Notes: generated by a model not told the origin, from the sequence alone. 64,000 nt of DNA from Eledone cirrhosa (GCA_964016885.1 OZ024744.1:85994001-86058000), one strand, 5' to 3'. Numbered from the stretch's first letter, positions 38,934 through 50,285 are shown. Made by a program: numbers and translations.

Positions 38934-40017
38934 TTTTTTACATTTTATTGCCACCCACATCATTTTACTATTTCATTTCTTTACGTTTTATTTCTTTATT
39001 TCTTTTATTTTCTTTTATGTTTTTTTATTATTTTTTATATATATATATATATAATTTTTTTGTATTTCTATCAAAAGAGTTTTTCCGCTCAATTGGTTTT
39101 AATTAGCGTATAATACAAGGAAATTCAACGCAACCGCCACGACATTCACCATATCCACCCACCGGAACTGAATTAATTATTCCACTAAACAAATCAGAGT
39201 GTCTCTATATGGTTGTTCGGTCGGCTTGAAATAGAAGACAAATCTTTCTATACATCACACATAAAAAGAAAACAAGTGTTAAAACCCGAGAAAGATGTAC
39301 AGATATAACTGTTTCTACTTTTAGCACAAGGCCAGCAATTACCCCCAGTGCTTTACTGGTACTTTATTTTATCGACCCCGTAAGGAAGAAAGGTAAAGTT
39401 AACCTCGGAGGCATTTGAACTCAGAACGTAAAGTGATGTAACTCTATGCGTCAAAGCATGGCGTCCAACCCTCTACCGATACTGCCAAGTACATATATAA
39501 TTGTTTCTACTTTAGGCACAAGGCCAACAATCATCCAGTGCATTACTGGTACTTTATTTTATCGACCCCTCGGCGGGATTTGAACTCAGATCGTAAAGGG
39601 ACGTAACTATGCTGGAAAGCATGGTGTCCAACCCTCTACCGATACTGCCAAGTACATATATAATGTCGGAATGTAAAGATAAATGAAACGAAATCCTCGT
39701 TTTTGGAATACCTTTGATCATTGGTCTCGTATGTCTGAATTGCTCCATCAAAGTTAACGTGGAACATCAGCAGAATTAATGAAAATAACAAACAAACAAA
39801 AACAAACAAAAGAAACGAGAAAAACAACAGCAACAATAGCAACGTTATTAGGAGAGTCAGACGCCATGCTTTGAAGCATAGTTACGTCCCTTTACGATGT
39901 GAGTTCAAATCCCGCCGAGGTTAACTTTGCCTTTCATCCTTACGGTGTCGAGAAAATAAAGTACCAGTAATGGACTGGGATAATTGCTGGCCTTGTGCCA
40001 AAAGTAGAAACAATTAT
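38122..40017. mobile_element. Five SINE family A copies
   Basis: Approximately 38122-38246 (-), 38500-38693 (+), 39308-39488 (-), 39498-39650 (-) and 39850-40017 (+). Confidence 0.82.
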
Positions 40018-40069
40018 GAATGTATGTGTGTATGTATGTATGTATGTATGTATGCATGTATGTATGTAT

Positions 40070-40762
40070 GAGAGATGACCCCTTAGCCTTTGTCAAGGCA
40101 GAATTCTAGGAAAAGGAAAACTCTGATATAACACCTGCAACCCTGATGGTATCCAATGATGTTGACTTGTTCTTCTTTTTGGTAAATATCATCTTGGTTA
40201 AGAGAGTGGGACTGGCTTTATGCAGTGCCTTTGCTCACTATAAAAGCTTCACGGCACAGGAATTGCTCGATATCTGGAGATCTTTCTGCACTTGTCGTCA
40301 CATGGTACCATGGGCCCAGCACTATGTGTCAATAATTGTCACAGGTGTAGTGTTTGTACCAGAGTTTTCAAGTCGCTGGCTGTCTAAAAAGTCACACTCG
40401 TTCAGCGCATCGGTAGGGGGTTCTCCTACATGGATATAAAGTAGTGGCCGTACTCGAAAACGAGTTGGCAGCCACCATGTATGTATGTATGTATGTATTT
40501 ATGTATGTAGGATAAGGAAACTGAGGAAACTGGGATAACCCCATCATAAAACCTACGGCTCAGTAGTTGCCGATGATGTTGATATTTTCTTCTTTTCGGG
40601 TCATAGCTACTGTCGCTCAGAAAGTGGGATTCGCTCAGTGCACAGTCTTTCCTCACTTTTAAAATCATCTTCACGCACAGGCGTTGCATGATAGAATTAA
40701 TAATTATTAATAATGGTATACCTTGCAATGGCCATACTCGATAACGAGGGGGCAGCCATCAT
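40070..40762 (+). mobile_element. Two tandem RTE-derived short elements (main family 40070-40478; variant 40510-40762)
   Basis: The first matches 11915-12320. The second matches the reverse complement of 25555-25720 and ends in ggccatactcgataacgagggggcagccatcatgtatg, like 22262-22295. Confidence 0.8.
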
Positions 40763-40774
40763 GTATGTATCATT

Positions 40775-40842
40775 GTATGTATGTTTCTCTTTCTCTTAAT
40801 TTCGAATACATTTTTGACCGGCCACCTTCCTAGTGGCAAGGC
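40775..40842 (-). mobile_element. 3' tip of R4-like subfamily 2
   Basis: tctctttctcttaatttcga...tttttgaccggccaccttcctagtggcaagg matches 3706-3765. Confidence 0.75.
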
Positions 40843-41076
40843 TGATATAGATTTACATATCTTCCATCGATTCGTCTGCACATTGATACTTTTGCCCTCT
40901 GAAACCATCATAAGACAATAGCTAAAATAATTACCTCACATTGATAGTCTTATCCGTCAATTGTTTAACACTAAATCTTAGACACTGTAGTTTTGAATAT
41001 TCACTGACATAAACAAGGATATTATATTTCCGCAAAGTCGGATGGCACGCTGACTCGATTCAATATTAATTTCGAT

Positions 41077-41265
41077 AATCGTTTCTACTTTTGGCACAAG
41101 GCCTGCAATTATCCCAGTGTATTACTGGTACTTTATTTTATCGACCCCGTAAGGATGAAAGGCAAAGTTAACCTCGGTGGGATTTGAACTCAGATCATAA
41201 AGGGCCGTAACTAATTGCTGTAAAGCATGGCGTCCGACCCTCTACCGATACTGCCAATACACCAC
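41077..41265 (-). mobile_element. SINE family A
   Basis: Reverse complement of the family consensus. Confidence 0.85.
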
Positions 41266-41473
41266 CTATTAATTTCAATAATACACGGATTTCTATAATG
41301 GTTATGAATCCTGACCTGAGTAGGATATCCATACATATGTACTTGTGTTGAAGTGAATGAACTCACAGTCCGGCCTTCTATTGTTTTAATATATATATAT
41401 GTCTACAATTTATATATATCTATATCTGTATATGTATGTATATCTTTTTATTTATATATATCTATCTATATCT

Positions 41474-41629
<156 letters not shown>

Positions 41630-41647
41630 TTGTGTGAATGTATCTGC

Positions 41648-41706
<59 letters not shown>

Positions 41707-41718
41707 CTTACATACATA

Positions 41719-41938
41719 TGAAGGCGTGTAGATGAATGGTTAGAGAATTGGATTCGCAATCGGGAGGTTGTGAGTTCGATTCCTGGACCAAGCGATGCGT
41801 TATGTCCTTGAGCAAGACACTTTATTTCACGTTGCTCCTTCTACATGGAGTTGCGACCGATAGAAAGTACTAGCAATTGGAAAGACCAACGGAAACATTG
41901 TTTCCGTTGGTCAGATTTGACGAAAGTCGATCGTTCCT
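41719..41938 (+). mobile_element. SINE family B (CORE-like)
   Basis: Homologous to 5217-5435. Confidence 0.82.
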
Positions 41939-43074
41939 TATATACATACATATATATACATATATATATATGCACACACACACACACACATATATATATA
42001 CATATTACTGACCAATTACACGCTGGTAATCTAAACATAGGGAGGAGGCGGTATAACATACACGCTTCACTGCACACCACCCCAAATCCATTTACATTGT
42101 ATAATCGTTCATAATAGAAGAATCGTTGATAGTTGTTGTTACTTATTTTGTATGTTGTCAGAAAATCAAATAGTTCGGTGAATTCATTCTACCATGACCT
42201 TAACCGTCACATCTACCACCCGACCACCCGGTTGTATTTACATAGATTTTCTAACGACTGCCACAGTCAATGCCTCATCAGAGATAAGCAGTCCCTCACT
42301 GCCTTTCTTAATTTTGGTCCCTCCCTCTCCCATTTTAAATCTCCCCATCTCTCTCACACATTTCTTTGTATTTCAATTTATTCCCCTTTTATTTTCGACC
42401 TCTTTCCCCTCATCTCTCTCTCTCTCTCGCAACGTCTAACTCTGTCTCCCCCCCACCACCCCCACACACACACAAACATGTATATATGTATATACATGTA
42501 TATATATGCACACGTGTATATATGTATATACATGCATATATATATGTATGTGTATATATATATTTATGAAATTTATATTATAATTTTACAATTTGATGTT
42601 GAAGATCTAGTAAGCTCTTTGTTAAGTTCGGTGGGAAGTTTTTTTTAAAGATTCCTGATTAACTTTCCTGGAGAACTTTCTCGCATTCGTCGGTGGCGAT
42701 TGCCAAACTGATATATATATCACACCCTACCTAATCCTTTTTCTTAAATAAATTAAATATCATCCAGCAAGAATTGCTCCCCCCTCTCTAAAAAGGGAAA
42801 TCATATCAAACCTTAGTCCACCATTTGCCTCCATCATGGAACCATGGATCAACTAAGCACTCTTGCTATATTAACACATTTTGATCTGCTTATCTTCAAG
42901 AACTATGCCTGTAAATAACATTATTTTTTCTTCCACATTGACTTTTTATGCTCTACATTATGCACGTTTTTTCCTTTTTCTTTTTTCTTTTCACTTCATA
43001 AACCTTGTTTGTAAATAACATTATTCTTTCTGCACCTTCTGTTTAACATGTGCGAAACCACAATAATACATTTC

Positions 43075-43118
43075 ACTATCATTTGATAATGCATAAAAAT
43101 GCTGAAACCGGTAATAGA
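43075..43118 (+). ncRNA. Minimal hammerhead-like motif, U3-A8 variant
   Basis: TTGATAA, gcat/atgc stem II, GAAA-CCGG-TA, with the palindromic ACCGGT stem III also seen in the Penelope pLTR. Confidence 0.5.
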
Positions 43119-43303
43119 CAATAATTAAATATATAAATAGATAAATAAATGCCATTGTTAAATAATAAATAAATCAACTAATACCTTAACACTTCACACA
43201 AAGTAAAACATTTCGTTTTAATCATTTTTTAACCCAGAAAAAAGAGAGAGAAACATAAAAGGAAAAAAAATATTTTTCTTCCTAATAATCGTCTCTTTCT
43301 CCC

Positions 43304-43335
<32 letters not shown>

Positions 43336-43427
43336 CATTAACTTGTTGGTTTTCTCGTTGCTTCGGTGTCGTGGCTAGGCCTGCCTGCCACAGTTTTCAA
43401 TTTGTCATGCCGTCTAATGAATGTTAT

Positions 43428-43618
43428 TGGTGAATTGGCAGTATCGGTAGAGGGACGGACGCCATGATTTGACGCATTGAGTTACGGCCCTTGCCATTCT
43501 AATTTCAAATCCCGCCGAGGTTAACTTTGCCTTTCATCCTTACAGGGTCGATAAAATAAAGTACCAGTAACACACTGGGGTAATGGCTGCCCTTGTGCCA
43601 AAGTGGAAACAGTTATTA
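43428..43618 (+). mobile_element. SINE family A
   Basis: Consensus-like copy. Confidence 0.85.
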
Positions 43619-44113
43619 CTCTGAGATTCCTCATGGAGTGTTTGGCTGCATAATTCCTGATTGTATTTCGTTAGCTTGGCTTCAGCCGAAGCTTCGATTT
43701 TACTAAACTTCCATTTATATATATATTTTATTCGATTATTTTATTTTATTTTGTTCCTTTACCATCTTATTCCTTCTACCACTTTATCACACTTGTTTTT
43801 TAGCTGACTCCAACAATAACACCACTACCAACACAAGAATAGAGGTCAGATGTACCTAACAATAACAAGAACAACAACTACAGATTGGCTTGCCTCAGAA
43901 CGAATTTCTATAGTCTTTTGACTGAGGAATGTTCTAACAACTGACCAATGAGAGGAGAAGAGGCCCTTTGACGCGGAAATTCGTTTGTTTGAATTCATAT
44001 GATTCCAGTTCCTCAGTAAAATAACAACCCAACCAGGAACTGGGCATATCAGAGTATTGACAAAGTTATACACCTCAACAATTTATGTACTCGTCTCTAC
44101 CACACTAATTCGG

Positions 44114-44168
44114 ACTGCCTGAAGAGGTCACAGCCAAAGATGGCTGTCACCGAAATATATATAGCAGT
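44114..44168 (+). ncRNA. Minimal type I hammerhead ribozyme with canonical core
   Basis: Stem I actgc/gcagt, CTGAAGA, stem II ggtcacagcca/tggctgtcacc (10 of 11 bp), GAAA, palindromic atatatat stem III, and predicted cleavage after A44163. Confidence 0.8.
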
Positions 44169-44316
44169 ATTAAACGAAGCCAAATTTTAAATATTTGACT
44201 TATTTATTTTATTTTATTTTATTTTACATTACTCCGGAGTAACCAAACCAACCTGCGCACTTCGTCGAGTGCTCTAATCTGCATACTGAGGTGTTGGTAT
44301 ACAACCAACATATACT

Positions 44317-44361
<45 letters not shown>

Positions 44362-44792
44362 TAAACGGAATAGAAAATGCTGACAAATTGTTCACAGTGA
44401 AAAATAGTTTAATTAGGAATAAGTGATAATTAGTAATAGTATTGGTTAGTATTAAGTTTTGGTTTTAAGTTTTATATATATATATATATATACATAAATA
44501 TACTGCAGTTATATACACAAGTATAGACTTACATATGATGTAGTCTAAGAGATACCAAATTTGCTCGATGTAGGAATTAATACGAATCAATTATTCAGAG
44601 CATAATACGAATTATATTTGGGAAACGCAAATAGGATAAAAAAATATTTACCTATTTACTCATAGCGTCCGTACTGTAGTTTTCAAACAAGAAAGAATTC
44701 GACTGAGTTGTGGGACGCTAATCAGGTGATAATTCTCCGTTTCGAAATTATCGCCGGTCGAATTCTTCCTTGTTTGAAATTGTACCCTGATG

Positions 44793-44864
<72 letters not shown>

Positions 44865-45000
44865 AGTGTAATTTTCTACACAAAACGAAGGTTATAGAGA
44901 AAATTGAGGTTGGTAGTGGCACATGGAATATATAAGAGACAGAATACTTTTTTGTGAAAAAACATAATTTTATAAGGTAAGGAAATAATAAAGGGTATAA

Positions 45001-45048
45001 AAAATGACCGGTTTCGATGGGTCTGCAAAAGCCATCTTTTCAAATGTT
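45001..45048 (-). ncRNA. Hammerhead ribozyme (U3-A8 variant) in the 3' pLTR
   Basis: The sense strand reads aacat-TTGAAAA-gatgg(cttttgcagac)ccatc-GAAA-ccgg-TC-atttt. Confidence 0.7.
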
Positions 45049-45320
45049 GATTAATATTAAGAAAAATTAATAATACGAAGAGTTAAAATTTGAGACTTGA
45101 AAATTCAAGTATAAAATTCATTGTGGGATTTCATAGCAGTTTTCATCTAGGTAGCAACAACAGGTTGACTGCTGTGTCCCTTTCTGGTAGTGAATGAGAA
45201 GTTATTTGGGGTGTGGGTTATTTTATAAAGGTCAGATTTAGCAATAGCCAGCTGCTGGTCAGTGAGGGGGTGGAAGCAATATACACACACATACCTTCAT
45301 CCACACATACATACACATAC

Positions 45321-45359
<39 letters not shown>

Positions 45360-45428
45360 CACACATACATACACACACACATACATATACATACACACAT
45401 ACACACACACACACATATATATACACAT

Positions 45429-45485
<57 letters not shown>

Positions 45486-45520
45486 CACATATATATACAT
45501 ACACATACATCCAGATACAC

Positions 45521-45612
<92 letters not shown>

Positions 45613-45744
45613 CCCCACACATACATACACACACACATATATATATATACATACACACATACAAACATACACACACACACACACACACATATATATACAC
45701 ACATACACACACATATATATACACACACACACACACACACATGC

Positions 45745-45777
<33 letters not shown>

Positions 45778-46176
45778 CGCATACATCCAGATACCCACAT
45801 ACATACACACACACACACACACACGCACACACAATACATACATCCACATGCACACACATACTCACACACACACACACACACACACATACATACACCCACA
45901 CACAGAGAAATGGCCTTCAAATATATATATATATATATACATACAGACACATATATTTTTTCCATAATATAAGAAGTTGGGGCAGTGAAATTAAAATAAT
46001 TCTGTGTGCGCATATATATATAGACATACGTGTGTGCACGTGCAGGGTTTAACATGGATGTGTTGGTCACACAAAGGCATGGTCTGTCAATGAATAAACC
46101 TGATTCTACAGAATTGGTCTCTGGTCTTTAATAGTAGTGATTCCGTGCGTATGTGTGTTTATATTTTATGACAATT

Positions 46177-48453
46177 CTATTGGGGTGATAACCCGTTTAG
46201 TTTTGGTTTAAATTTGTTAAGGAATAGATTTTCTTTGTTTATTCTTTGTTGTTGTGTGAACGAATCTGAGCACTTGTAGAAGGGGAAGATTTTAAAATTG
46301 GGTAGTGTCATTCCTGCGCAGTTCGCAATATGGCTGCTCAAGGGGATTTTTCTTGTGTTAGCGTCCCGGATTTGTTGGCGGTGGATGGTCATTCTTTTGC
46401 GTAATGAGGTGCCCGTCTGTCCTATGTAGTTGTGTTTGCACCCACCGCAAGTTATTGCGTAAATCAAGTTCTCCGAGTTGCAGGTGAAATTGTTTTTTAC
46501 TGTAAATGTTTGGCCATCTTTGAATGTAAATGTTTGTCCTTCAGTGAGGTAGAGGCACGTTCCACAGTTTGTTCTACCACATTTGGTAACTGTAGGGTTG
46601 AGGATTGGTTTGGGTATATTTGGTCCAGTGAGAATGCGTTTAAGTGATTTGGGTTGTCTTTTACTTTTAAGGATCTTGTGTGTTTCAAGAATAGACTTCA
46701 TTTTGACATCTTTAAGTAGGATGGGGAGGTTTTTGTGTAGGTGATCAAACATTTCGGTATTTCTGGGGTTGAAAGTGGATACATATGGCAGGGTGTTGAG
46801 TGTGGTTTTCTGTTTTGGATTGTTAAGTTGATGGGGATTTAGGTGTTTTGCCCTGTCTATTCCATTGTTGATTATTTCAAGTGGAAAGGCTCTTAAGATA
46901 AGGGTGTCTTTTAGTTCCTTTAGTCTTTGCTCCCGTTTAGGTGGATCTGATACTATGGTACATATACGTTTGGCCAAATTGTAAGGAATGTTAAGTTTTG
47001 TATGTTTTGGGTGACTTGATGTGAAAAAGAGGTATTGCTTGGAATCTGTGGGTTTATAGAATATATCTGTATCTAATTTCCCGTCTATTACAGAGATGAG
47101 AATATCCAAGAAGGCTAATTCCTTAGGATTGGATTCCATTGTGAATTGTATGTTATTATCTATGTTGTTTATCATGTTTTTAAACGTAGTAAGTGAGTTC
47201 ATGTCTTCTTGCCATAGGATAAAGCAGTCGTCTAGATATCTTTTCCAATTGGCTTTGAGGTGTGTGTGGAAAGAGTCTCCAAATAAGAGAAGGGACTGAC
47301 TGTATATTTGTTGTTCATGGAATCCCATGACTAGGTTGGCATATGTGGGTGCTACTTTCGTGCCCATTGCCGTACCTGATACTTGTCTGTATGTTGAACC
47401 ATTGAATGTGAAGTAGTTATTTTGTAGGATAAAGCGGAGTCCGTCAGTGATAAAATCTGTGTTGATGCGTGTCGGTATTTCTGATGGGTGTGTGTTAAGC
47501 CAGTATTGGACTGCTGTTATTCCATAGTTGTGAGGTATGTTTGTGTAGAGGTTTATTACGTCAAAGGAGACAAGAATTGTATTTGCACTTACTGTTTTAG
47601 GGAGGTGTTTCAGCATGTCAAGGTCATCTCGTATGTAGCTCTGTATATGTTGTAGAAAGGGTTTCAGTAGGATGTCCAGAAAGTTGCTAAGTCTGTGGGT
47701 TTCACATGTAGGGCCTGCTATAATTGGCCTGAGTTTTAGGTCTTCTGGTGGTGTTAGTTCAATGTAATTGTTGGTTGAGGTGTCACATGCATCGTTTATG
47801 GGTTTACATTTGTGAAGTTTCGGTAAGCCGTAAAAAGAGCTTGTATTGCATTTGAAGTGGCTTATATAGTTAAACTCTTTTGTGGTTAAGCTGGTGCGGT
47901 ATTTATTCAGTAAGGTCAAAAGGTTCCCCATTGTTTTGGTGTGTTTGTAGTTTTCTGTTTTTTCATAGTATGTGTTGTTTTCTAAAATGTTAAGTGCGAG
48001 GGTCCTATAGTAGTCCGTATTCATAATCACAACAGTACTGCCTTTATCGGCTTCTTTGATAGTTATCTCAGGGTTGTTTCTAAGTGTGAATAATTCTTCC
48101 CATTCGTGTGTAGATAGGTTTGATTTCGTGTGTTTATTTGTAATTGTTTCATAGGGAAAGTTGGTGATGTGTTCGCAGTACGTGTCCAGTGCTTTATTTC
48201 TTCCCTTTTGTGGGCAGAAATTGCTTTTATTTCTAACCAGTGATTCGTCTTCAGTGTTGGTGTCGTTGTGGAAGAATTCCGTTAGTCGCAGCTTTCGGCA
48301 GTATTCCATGATGTCATCCTTCATTTCGGGGAAGTTTGGTTTACGTGGTGTAGGTGTAAATTTCAGGCCCTTACTTAAAATGTTGATTTGTGTGTTGGTT
48401 AGAGGTGTCTTTGAGAGGTTGATTATTTTTGGTTTCTCCTGAGGGGGGGCCAT
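46177..48453 (-). CDS. Penelope-like reverse transcriptase plus GIY-YIG endonuclease (758 aa from the first ATG)
   Basis: LSKGLKFTP, IKEADKGSTVVIM, FYGLPKLHK, LRPIIA, SFDVINLYTNIP, GTAMGTKVAPTYANL, WKRYLDDCF, FLDI, YKPTD, the Cys linker CGRTNCGTC...C, and LIYAITCGGCKHNYIGQT...R...H...E...LN. Confidence 0.95.
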   Translation of the reverse strand: MAPPQEKPKIINLSKTPLTNTQINILSKGLKFTPTPRKPNFPEMKDDIMEYCRKLRLTEFFHNDTNTEDESLVRNKSNFCPQKGRNKALDTYCEHITNFPYETITNKHTKSNLSTHEWEELFTLRNNPEITIKEADKGSTVVIMNTDYYRTLALNILENNTYYEKTENYKHTKTMGNLLTLLNKYRTSLTTKEFNYISHFKCNTSSFYGLPKLHKCKPINDACDTSTNNYIELTPPEDLKLRPIIAGPTCETHRLSNFLDILLKPFLQHIQSYIRDDLDMLKHLPKTVSANTILVSFDVINLYTNIPHNYGITAVQYWLNTHPSEIPTRINTDFITDGLRFILQNNYFTFNGSTYRQVSGTAMGTKVAPTYANLVMGFHEQQIYSQSLLLFGDSFHTHLKANWKRYLDDCFILWQEDMNSLTTFKNMINNIDNNIQFTMESNPKELAFLDILISVIDGKLDTDIFYKPTDSKQYLFFTSSHPKHTKLNIPYNLAKRICTIVSDPPKREQRLKELKDTLILRAFPLEIINNGIDRAKHLNPHQLNNPKQKTTLNTLPYVSTFNPRNTEMFDHLHKNLPILLKDVKMKSILETHKILKSKRQPKSLKRILTGPNIPKPILNPTVTKCGRTNCGTCLYLTEGQTFTFKDGQTFTVKNNFTCNSENLIYAITCGGCKHNYIGQTGTSLRKRMTIHRQQIRDANTRKIPLSSHIANCAGMTLPNFKIFPFYKCSDSFTQQQRINKENLFLNKFKPKLNGLSPQ

Positions 48454-49688
48454 CGAGTATCCTGGTATTTCAGGCTTTTCCCTAAAAAAGGAATGTAGTT
48501 TTGTGTGTGATTATATTTTGTTGGTCTGTTGCGTGTGGGTCTGTAGCTTGTTGTTTCATGAGGGTGAATGTGATGGTGGGGGTGGTATGTGTTGTGGTTG
48601 TTGATGAGCAAGGGTTCTGTTGTTGGTTCATGTGGTCTGGGTGCGTTATTTCTGTGGTACAGAGTGTTGAGGCTGGGGGGTTGTCTTTTGTTGGATTGAG
48701 GGTGATGTCTGGTGTGGTTGTGGGTAAGTTCTGTTGTGATTTCAAGTGGCCTGGGTGGATTTCTTCTGAGGAATGTGGTGTGTGTGTTGTGAGTTGGATC
48801 TATGTTATTTCGTCGTTGGTTTATGTAGGGGGCATTTCTACGGAAACCTGTGTTGTGGTGGTTGGGTGTGTTTCTTTTGGTGTAGTTGGCCGTATTTGGT
48901 TTGTGTTGGTGGGGGATGTGCCTGTGGTTAGTGTGTGTTGGGTTTGGTGGTGTAAATGTGTCTGTTGTAGTTCTTGTTATGTTCAAATGCTTTATAAAGG
49001 GGTTACCTGTTTGGTGCGTCCTTTTAAAGTCTTCTTCATATTTGAGGAACCAGTTTTCGGATTTTTCCCACCGTTTAAGGGAAATAGTTTCTGCATTCTC
49101 GCAGTCCTGTTTCCACGATTTGATTAAATTTTGTAGGGTTGTTCCCTCGGCCTTTTTAGTGCATTCTTCCTCCATATTTTTATCAGTATCCTTATACTCT
49201 TGCTCGTTTGAGGTGGCCCTTAATTTTAGGAGTTCTATTTCCATGTTTATCCTGTTGAGTGACATTTGTTCACGGAGTTTTCTTTCTGGTTCAGGTTCGT
49301 TTGTAATATGCTTTATTTGGAATTTACGTGGTAAAACTATCGGTGTTGAGTTAATCCATTTTTGGTAAATTCCAGCTTTGTTGAGGTTTTTTATCATATT
49401 CCAGAAAGTGAATTTTCTGGTTTTTAGATGTTTTTTCCAGAGGTGTCCCATTTGGTTTTTGATATGGAGCAATGTCGTTTGTTCTGTGTTGGTATTCATA
49501 AGTTTTTCGATGGAGTTGTATACGTTTTGAACGTTTAAATAAATTTGGTTGTCAGTCGGTGTGGTGGTTTGGGGTATATCCTGTTTTTTTGTCAGAATGG
49601 TGAGTTTTCCATTTATCTCTTTTAGGATTTTCAGGATTTCCTCATTGATATTGGAGTTTGAAGTGGTGTTGTCTTGTTCCAGTGCCAT
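48423..49688 (-). CDS. Upstream ORF1 of the Penelope-like element (421 aa; helical or coiled-coil-like N-half, His/Thr/Asn/Pro/Arg-rich C-half)
   Basis: Uninterrupted non-repetitive ORF starting ~30 nt inside the 5' pLTR boundary. It overlaps ORF2 by 31 nt, with ORF2 in the -1 frame. Confidence 0.85.
   Translation of the reverse strand: MALEQDNTTSNSNINEEILKILKEINGKLTILTKKQDIPQTTTPTDNQIYLNVQNVYNSIEKLMNTNTEQTTLLHIKNQMGHLWKKHLKTRKFTFWNMIKNLNKAGIYQKWINSTPIVLPRKFQIKHITNEPEPERKLREQMSLNRINMEIELLKLRATSNEQEYKDTDKNMEEECTKKAEGTTLQNLIKSWKQDCENAETISLKRWEKSENWFLKYEEDFKRTHQTGNPFIKHLNITRTTTDTFTPPNPTHTNHRHIPHQHKPNTANYTKRNTPNHHNTGFRRNAPYINQRRNNIDPTHNTHTTFLRRNPPRPLEITTELTHNHTRHHPQSNKRQPPSLNTLYHRNNAPRPHEPTTEPLLINNHNTYHPHHHIHPHETTSYRPTRNRPTKYNHTQNYIPFLGKSLKYQDTRWPPLRRNQK
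48483..48489 (-). promoter_or_regulatory. Candidate -1 ribosomal frameshift slippery heptamer T TTT TTA
   Basis: ORF1 reads CCT TTT TTA GGG AAA. The -1 frame is open (AGG GAA AAG CCT GAA ATA CCA GGA TAC TCG ATG) directly into ORF2. Confidence 0.7.
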
Positions 49689-49857
49689 TTTCCGGATTTG
49701 CGTAGGTTAGTATATATGAAAAGTGTAATTTTCTACACAAAACGAAGGTTATAGAGAAAATTGAGGTTGGTAGTGGCACATGGAATATATAAGAGACAGA
49801 ATACTTTTTTGTGAAAAAACATAATTTTATAAGGTAAGGAAATAATAAAGGGTATAA

Positions 49858-49905
49858 AAAATGACCGGTTTCGATGGGTCTGCAAAAGCCATCTTTTCAA
49901 ATGTT
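49858..49905 (-). ncRNA. Hammerhead ribozyme (U3-A8 variant) in the 5' pLTR
   Basis: Identical copy of 45001-45048. Confidence 0.7.
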
Positions 49906-50177
49906 GATTAATATTAAGAAAAATTAATAATACGAAGAGTTAAAATTTGAGACTTGAAAATTCAAGTATAAAATTCATTGTGGGATTTCATAGCAGTTTT
50001 CATCTAGGTAGCAACAACAGGTTGACTGCTGTGTCCCTTTCTGGTAGTGAATGAGAAGTTATTTGGGGTGTGGGTTATTTTATAAAGGTCAGATTTAGCA
50101 ATAGCCAGCTGCTGGTCAGTGAGGGGGTGGAAGCAATATACACACACATACCTTCATCCACACATACATACACATAC

Positions 50178-50216
<39 letters not shown>

Positions 50217-50285
50217 CACACATACATACACACACACATACATATACATACACACATACACACACACACACATATATATACACAT

